From Chrysomallon squamiferum (Eukaryota; Animalia; Mollusca), in NCBI GenBank assembly GCA_012295275.1, contig CM022678.1:11098001-11162000 (forward strand): a stretch of 64,000 nucleotides of DNA, written 5' to 3'. Of the stretch, positions 55,179 to 64,000 are shown in pieces. The notes beneath the pieces are model-generated. The model did no database searches. It saw nothing but the letters and a program-made list of their open reading frames with translations, and had not been told where the DNA came from. The translations under genes were made by a program, and so were the position numbers. The first letter of the stretch is position 1, and each line of letters opens with the position of its first letter.

Positions 55179-58100
55179 ACAGACCTGCTTACCAGGCTCT
55201 GTCAGATTCCAGTGGTCATCTTCTGTGTATTACTTTCACACACAGGCGCCAGCAGTGACATGATTGCTTTGTAACTGTGGTTTCTGACTTGCATGTATAA
55301 TCAGGTATTTATTATTTCCATGCTGGTATAGTCAGCAGACCAGCAATTGCTTTGCTGTTTCCTATTAACCACTAAATCTGCTGAATAAATCAGTGAACAG
55401 ATTTTGTATGGGTTCCAGCAGATCTGTGTTTAAAGTGTCCCCTAGATGAAACATTATTCTATTAAATAAATGTGTGTTAATATCAGTATAATATTCTCTG
55501 TTTCAAGAAAGTCTTTTTGCCCGTGTCAGGTTGCCTGTATTACAGTTTAGTTTAGTTTTTCTTGTTCTTTTCAAAGAAAAAGATTTCTCTGTAACCATGG
55601 TTTTGGTTTGAATTGCCGCACAATCTGCAATGATTTCTGTGTTTGCCAAAGTCGACTTACTTAATGGAAATCTTTACAGTGTGGAATCTCACAGACATGA
55701 TTGCGTAACTGAAGAGTCTGGATAAATGAAGAAAAGAAGCTTTTGTTCACTGTCACAGTCTTTCTGCAGTTGCTGAAGACATTTTCTGGATTTTATTTCT
55801 CTCTTTATTTCATCGTAGCACTGGCTTTTCAGTTCTGTTTCACACAGAACCGGAAAACATCTGTGTCTGCAGATCTCCACTCAAAAATAGTGGAAGATAA
55901 AATTCAGAAAAGTACTCTACACATGTTAATCATGCACGTTTATTTTATCTTTTTGCTAAAAGCAGGTTTATATTTTAAATTCTTTATATTTTTTTTGGGT
56001 CGGGGAGATTAATGTGGAAAATTCCTCTGTCAAATTTTTTTGGCAACTGGTATTCATTTGTAGATACGTCTATCATTCATTTTGTACATATTCAATAATG
56101 AAAATACACAGAAATCAATTTAGTTGTAATAAACAAAGTGGAAAGCTACTTGCTCTTAGCTTCCAGACAAATTCATATTTCACTAACGGCAGCAGCAGTT
56201 TGGGGAGATATTTAAGGAAATAAATTTCCTCTTGGTACCAGTTTTTTGGTCAATAGATTAATAGAGAATTGTGCTGAGCGATCTCTTCCAGTTGATGTAA
56301 CCTGATGAAGATGATAAAGTGAGTGGCTTATTTCCAGTTTACATTCAGTTTCACGCAGTCTGGAGCTGGGGCCGGCCTGCTGGGGAAATGAGTAAATAGT
56401 AGTTATTGTTTTTCTGTGAGTCCAGGTTAAACTACTGCCATCTTTTATTTCATTCCTAGAATTAGTAATGTGCCGCTATTGTCTGTGTGAGCAGTTATGT
56501 AGCGTTTTGTCTGTCTGTCTGTCTGTCAGTAGGTGAATGTGTACTGAAGTGCAAAGGAAGTTAATTAGACATAAGAATTTATTATTTCTTCCAAACAGTT
56601 TTTAGTCACATTCATGTTTGTCTGGGGAAAAGAAGAAGAAAAAAGTGATCTGTTTTTATTTGTAAACTCTACATAAGACTAACACTGTACAAAAGTTTAT
56701 GTTATGTTTCAAAGTAAAAACGAAACACAAACAGATTTATCTTTATCCAGAATTCTTCACAAACCATCTTTTGTCAGTTTTACTTGTACACGAAAACTTC
56801 CAGCTCAGTAAGAAGATTACCAGAGTGGGCAGAGGTGGGTTTTTTTTTTTTTTTTTCTCTCTCAAGACTGCAGTTTAATAATCTCACTTATCTACAACTG
56901 TGGCACTTGCCCACTTCATCCTGCTGAGAAATATTGATTCCTGGCGCTTTCTTTGGACATCTGGTTCGGAACTGTTGCAGGCCCTCCACATCATTAGCTG
57001 CTGAAGACAGTAGCCGGGTGAAGCAGGGGTCAAGTGAGACCAGCCCAACCAGAACTGCCAGTCAGTGTTTGTTTACAATTCAGTTTGTTTCTGCTTGGCA
57101 GATAATTGTGTTATCTCACAGTGAGGAATGAGGCAGTTCTTGTTAGTGATGTTTGTGTGTGTGTAGACAGTCAGTGTTGGTTAATTGTTGTAGTTTTAAT
57201 ATTTCATTTTGTACTGTGGCCAGAATAAAAAAATAGATATTTTAAAATCTAGATTTTTATCTTTGGAAACCTGTGTTTTTATTTCATTTTATCTTATTTT
57301 TTATTTTATTTTTTATTTTTTATTTTTTTTTATTATTATTATTTTGCTATATTATTGTTATTATTATTATTACTATTTTATTTTATTTTTTTGTTGGTTG
57401 TTTTTTTTTAATTTAAATTTTTTATTATTTCTAATTTTTTTATTTTTTTTTTTTTTTTTTTTTTTTGCAAAAACACTACACGTTCTCAATAAAGTAAGAT
57501 ATAAAACAAAATAGAAAACTGAGACAGACTGACAAAAGATGAGGAATAAAATCAGATGAAGAAAACAAACACATGAAACCTGAGTTACCAGTAATGTACA
57601 GTGAAATACCTCTATTAGTATATTCAACAACAAAAAATCTTTTACATATTTTTTTTTTTTAAATTTATTTATTTGTTTATCTATTCTAACTTCATACTGC
57701 TAAGGGATGTATCAGAAGCATGAAGAACTGAACAGAAATATGTTTTTGCATTCAGAAAGGTATTTCTGGCTGAAGTGTCTAGAAAAGCCTGGCACCGGTT
57801 CAAAATGAAACCCCATCTTTCAGTGCTGTGTATTACCAGAGCAAGGGCAGGCCAAGGGGGTGTAACCCTCCTGCAGAAATTCAGAAAAAAAACAAAGATG
57901 ATGATTTATATACGTTTGCTTGTCATTAGAACTATGTCAGCATGTGTTACAGACCTTCATTTTAATTTTGGTTCAAAAGGATACATAATAGTCCATTCCA
58001 CTGTATACTGATATATATAATATACACATATATAATATGTATGTATGTAGGTGTTCATATCTATATAATTATTCCAGTTGTCAACACTGATGTGTCATGA

Positions 58101-60228
58101 ACCTCCTCTGTTTTTTTTTTTTTTTTTTTTTGTTTTTATTTGTTTTTTGCTCTCTCTCTGACTTTGGTGTTGATTATTTTTGAAGCACTTATGTCATTCT
58201 GCAGCACTGAATGATTCATGAGAAGCTTGTTAGAAATGTTGCCAGATTTCCTCTTTCAGTTTTAGCAGCGTTTCGGGTAAAAATGGTTTAGTACCGAGTG
58301 TTTCGTTTAACACTGTTTCAAATTGTTTGTTACTGTTTCAAGATCAGTAGTAGAAAACATTCACTGTAAAATGAACAACAGTTTAACGATCATTTTAGCT
58401 TTTTGTTGAGAAAGATTCGAGGTCTGATGGTTTGATAATCAGGAAGGGTTTGTGTTTGAAAGTGTAGGTGGTGTAGCTCAAAAAAGAGTTAACCATGGAT
58501 GTCATTAGTTTCAGATACAGCAGCAAATCAGAGAACATTATTTAATCATTTTCTAGTGGTGTCATTAAACGAATGTTTGACCTGAAATAACTGATCATAG
58601 AAAATCAGTTGGTGTGTTTTCATAATATCCATAAACACATTTGATATAAAATAAATAATAACTGAAATTCAGTTCTGGAGATGTTAAAAACAAAATGTTT
58701 AATATAAAATAACTGATGATAGAAAATCAGGCGTTATAAAACAAAATGTTTACTATAAAATGTGTGATGTTGAAATGTTTAAGTGCTGTTGGCTGGTTAC
58801 AACTTGACAAAGAGTTTGTCGAGTGAGTGTTTCCTTTCTAGAACAATACACTGATACTCTGATAACTGAATAATGAAGTCATGCTGTGCATGTCTGTGTG
58901 TGTGTGTGTGTGTGAGAGTCTGTTTCTGTGAGTCTGTGAGTGTGTGTGTATGTGTGTGCATGTCATGTCTGTGTGTCTGTGTGTGTGTGTGTGTGTATGT
59001 CTGTGTCCGTGAGTGAGTGTGTGTGTGTGACTGTGTGTGTGTGTGTGTGTGTTAGAAAGCAAGAGAGACATAAAATGATTACATCATGTATCAGACTGTG
59101 TTTGTGTTTGTGACTATGTATGTGTGTGTGTGTATGTATCAGGATGGGAATATATCTGTTTTATGAGTAATACACATATTTTTAGAAAATTGCTTAAAGA
59201 TGTTTTGTTTATGCTGTACGATATAATTTTCTATTTCAAAAGTTTTAGAAATTTCTGTAACTTGCCAAAAAAAAATCTAAATATATTTTTACCTTTTTTT
59301 TTTTTTTATATTATACTTTTTTTTTACCCCATCCAGCCACAAAAGTTGAGTTTAATTTTTATCAAGTTTTTTTTTTTCTGCATTTTGTATATATATATTT
59401 TTTGCGTTGTTGGATTCTGTACGCACTCAGTGACTGACACAGACTGAGACACACAGATAACACACAGCACACCTCTGATATAGAAAGCTTAACAAGCTGA
59501 TAAAATACATTCACACTGAGATAACACTCTCAGAGACCAGGGAGACTTCAGTGATACAAAAAAACACCACTCAGAAAGTTTCCATAGTTACTTCAGTTAC
59601 AACTGATCTACATTCAACTTGCTTGGGACCGAATTGTCTTTTTACTCAACAGTTTTTTGATTATGCCAATTACGACAGTATGGAATGTGTGTTTTTTTTC
59701 ATACCTCTGTTATTTTTAGATGAAGAAAATTGGGGAAGCTTTTAATGATTAAAAATTCAGTTTTTCAGACAAATGCTGCAACTATTTTGATTTATGCTTT
59801 CGACTTTTTAAATAAAACAGTAAAATAATGTAAGGCATGGCGTGATGGTTGTAAATCAAAATATTTTTCTTTCAGTGTTTTGATGATATAAATAGCAGAG
59901 ATCTGGATCTTTGATTATTACTACATATGTAATTGCATAACAGTGGTGTTACTGTTTAACTTTAGAACAAGTGAAAACATAAATATTACCAGCTGACAAA
60001 CTCTACACAACTTGACCTTCACCACTGAATGTAGGAAATACATGGCACACAGAAATATGTGCTTAAACCAAGAGATGGCTGAATAAATGTTTTTTTCTCT
60101 TTCTTTCTCTCTCTGTCTCTCTGTCTTTAACCCTTTCTCTCTCCATCCCTGTTGATCCATCTTTTTCTCTTTCTTTCTTTCTACCCTCTTTCTCTTTTCT
60201 TGCCCTTTTTCTCTCTCTCTTTCTTGCC

Positions 60229-60267
<39 letters not shown>

Positions 60268-61377
60268 CCCCCCCACACACACACTTGTCTGAGTAAGACA
60301 ACTATTACAAAATATTTCACGTAGTGTAGACTAACGTTCCAGATACAAGTATTTTTATAAAGCTGGTCTGTTTGTACTGTGAGTAATCAATGCAGTGAAG
60401 TGAAGTGAGGTGTTTGTTATTTGATGACATTTCACTGGGATGGTGCAGCATCACATTCCAGAACCTTCTCTTCTTAACCTGTCGTGATTGGTTAACAACA
60501 TTCTTGTATTACTCATCATCATTGTAGTCATAGTGACAGAGATAGAGAAGAAACCGGCATCCGACACTTCTGTCTACTTCATTGGTTAGTTAGCAGTAAG
60601 TTATACTTCATCTGCACCTTCTCGTTGGTTCAAAGGCACGTTCACAGGATTTGATGGTTTTGCAGTTCTTTCTGGAATGGGAAATTAGCTAATGGTTGTT
60701 TTGGTTACAACTGAACATGCATCTTTTACATTTGTAATTGTGTATTATATTAGATGATGGATATCCTTTCTCCTCTTCAAACTTCAACAGAATAAGAAAT
60801 ATATCGTTACCAGATCTTAATTAAATAAAAAATTAAAAATTTAAGTTCAGAACAAAAAAACCCAGAAAAAGCAACAAAAAACCCCTAAAAAAAACAATCT
60901 TCAAGATTTCTTATCCAAGTGAAAATGAAACTGAGAATGCACTTTTGATAAAAATAAAGATTTACTCATCTTTTTTCTCTTTTTTTACAAATCAAAATAG
61001 GTTTCTTACTTGTAAAAAAACAAAAAATTCTTTTTCTGATTTCTATGTAAATCTAATTTCATTTAATCTAATTCTGTTTCTTCACTTTGTTTATTTTTAT
61101 TCTGTCATTTTAATTTAATTTTTTTTTTTAATTTTTGTCTGTCAGTTTTAAAAAAGTAATTTAAACTAGTTTTTTTTTTACTTTGCTCTTGCTACTTTAA
61201 CATTATCACAAAGCAGACATTTTTCTATTGATATGCAGAGCATTCCATCAGTGTTGTCTTTATAAAAATACTTGGCACGTTCAGCTCAGCATAGCACAGT
61301 GAGCAGATCAACAAACTGCACAGTTCTGTTGATTTCCCCACAAGATGAGTTGATAACTACATTTACATACTTTCTGC

Positions 61378-61449
<72 letters not shown>

Positions 61450-61706
61450 CAGAGGAAGTAATTAACACAGTAGCAAGCTTGATTGTTATAATATGAGGCT
61501 TTTCTTTTGTTTTTTTTGTATCTTTTTTTTTTTTTGTGGGGGGTTGTAGGAGGATGGGGATTTGTTTTTGTTTTTTTAAGTGATTTCTGTATATCTTATT
61601 ATAAACAACACCAGTTTTACATGTAAACAGACTTCAGTTGCAGAATCTGCTGCCAGAATTTTCCTTTTTAACTTTCTTTATCCTCAGAATCTTTCCCTTC
61701 ATTTAC

Positions 61707-61786
<80 letters not shown>

Positions 61787-62050
61787 CTTTAATCAGACTG
61801 ATCATTCATTGTACGGTTTCTTGTTCAGTACTCACTTGCACAGGCACACCCTGCTGATGTTAACCCATTAACAGACGAAATTAGCAAAACCTGCGAAGCA
61901 ACAAGTCTCTTCGTAAACCGAGTTCTTCACAAAAGTTAGAGAGTTTTCTCATCAGATCAATAGTTAAATTCAATATGGAGCTGAGATGAATGTGGAAAGA
62001 CATTTCTGGTTCCTTGCTGACTGAGCCAAACCCACAAAAGTCTGATCAGC

Positions 62051-62315
62051 TCTTTGTAATGTGTAAAGTCATCAGTCATCTATTTGTAATGTGTAAATTC
62101 ATCAACTATCTTTGTAATGTGTAAAGTCATCAGTCATCTATTTGTAATGTGTAAATTCATCAACTATCTTTGTAATGTGTAAAGTCATCAGTCATCTATT
62201 TGTAATGTGTAAATTCATCAACTGTCTTTGTAAGAAGTAAATTCATCAACTGTCTTTATTTATAGTGTATAAAATCATCAATTTGTCTTTATAATGTGCA
62301 AAGTCATCAGTCATT
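62051..62315. repeat. 58-bp dimeric repeat (30+28-bp subunits with core tttgtaatgtgtaaa[g/t]tcatca)
   Basis: Cores at 62053, 62083 and 62111, decaying toward 62315. Confidence 0.9.
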
Positions 62316-64000
62316 TATTTATTTATTTATTTTTTATTTTTTTTTTTTTATTTTTTGTGTAATCGAAGTTACATAAATACTGTCGTAGGTTACTTTTGTT
62401 TATTTAAATAAGCGTAGGAAGTAAATGGTATTTGTGTTGAAATTAAGCTATAATTTACATTAGTAACACTTCCTACAAGAAGATTTGTGTTTTATCTCTC
62501 TGAGACAGTTTCATCAGGGAAAACAGAGCTTCCGTTTAGTTCACTGATCATTTGATATGTAGGTTAGATTCTTCATAACTTCCTTTAGGACAGAAGTTTC
62601 ATATGTTTAGATAAGTCTTTCTGGGTTTTCTTTCTTCTATTTAAAATTAAATAAATAGTAAATAATTATTAGAAGAAAAAAAAAGAAAAAAAAGAAACAC
62701 TTTGATTGAAAGATCAGCATTCTAAGATAATTTGTTTCATTTTGTTTCTTTTTCTTTTCTTTTTTTAAGTATTCTGAATAGCTTTTACATTGTTGTTGTT
62801 GTTGTTGTTGTTACAATCACTGCAGTTACAGTTTCTGAACCTATAGCCAAATTATATTCAGAGAAAAATCTGCTCAGAAAGTGATGCCTCATCTTTGTCT
62901 TCTGTTGTAAGACAAATTGCTGGACGTCACTTTGAACATCAATTTACTCAGACCTCCTCCACTTACAGAATTTCTCTACAAAATTCAATCAGCTACTAAA
63001 TTCTTACGGGAATTCACCCACAACCTTTCGTCCCTTCAACAGTTAATAGGATGATCCACTTCAGTTACTTAGGGCTAGCCTAATTCACTTAATAGGGAAG
63101 AAGGCATTGTAAGTTTTTCTGAAAATGGAGGATTTTCTGATGTTCGAGATGTGATTATTGATAATATTGATTTCCACGAAAAGGATATTACCTTAATGTC
63201 GAACAGCAAATCCAGGATTGTAAGATTTTAGTGTCTGACATCCTCTTTGGAGATTAATCACCATTGGCAACAGGACTGCTAAAGCCATTTTCTGTGTAAG
63301 ATGGATCTTGAAGAAATGTTGCTTTTGATAATACACTAGTTGTTAGGTTTTGTCTGAGAATGATAAATGTTATAAAGAATTCTTATCTGATGCATTTTTG
63401 TACACTGCCCAGTGACACTAATATTAGAAATGTTCATAAAAACCAGAATATTTCCTCTCTGTAGTACAAACAAGATAAACATTATTCTGTATTGTTAGAA
63501 ATTTAGTAGAAAGAATCAGAATGTGACTGATGGAGAAAAAAACAACAACAATAATAATTAACAAAAGAAGAAAAACAAATTATAATTATCATAATTAAAA
63601 ACAAAAGTTAATGAAGAAACATTTTTTTTTAATATTTTTGTAAACTCCTTTTTATTTTTAAATTAGAATGTTCTGATATAATGATTTGAGAAAAAAAATA
63701 ATAAGCACTGAACAAGAAAACTGTCTAAAATTTTCAGCTTAAAAGAATGAAGTAATTATTGGAAAACAATATTATTTACAAAATGTGTTAAGGAAATTTC
63801 TGTTAGTCATTATTTTACAAAAACATGAAAATAAAACAATTAAAAAAAAAATTAAAAATGTGCAAATCAACAAGATTAAGTGTTCTGACTGAGATCTTAA
63901 AGGTCTCAAGAAACACATATTTCAGTTTTCTTACGCAAACTTCCCTATCTGTCCATATTTTATTTATGTAATTTTATTATCATCACTATTATTGTTATTT

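Noticed and set aside
62820-63330. Complex sequence that might be the next CLK exon
   Set aside because: The plus-strand frames I translated stop within about 50 codons and show no VALKI/EAA motif; the next exon is presumably beyond the window.

Overview
AT-rich, microsatellite-dense eukaryotic genomic DNA, probably a mollusc (inferred from SINE relics and gene style, not proven). Three genes can be built from splice signals and protein similarity. (1) Minus strand, 159-4814 and possibly to 18170: the 5' part of an unidentified type II membrane protein (cytoplasmic tail, signal-anchor helix, Ser/Thr/Pro stalk) with two candidate first coding exons; it runs off the left edge. (2) TMEM60, one coding exon, minus 24396-24779. 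(3) Divergent from TMEM60, the 5' half of a CLK/LAMMER (Doa-like) splicing kinase: RS-rich exons 30692-30843 and 32166-32391, a 91-nt exon 49050-49140, and the Gly-loop exon 50635-50701. The rest of the kinase domain was not found in the window. The CLK locus holds the most interesting signals: a vertebrate-like exon-4-skipping switch giving a premature stop (MKLSRL*), two candidate phase-0 alternative first exons that would replace the RS domain, and a signal-peptide-like 48-codon ORF separated from the kinase frame by a single TAG. Most ORFs in the supplied track are microsatellite or minisatellite artefacts. All gene models are manual predictions without transcript evidence.
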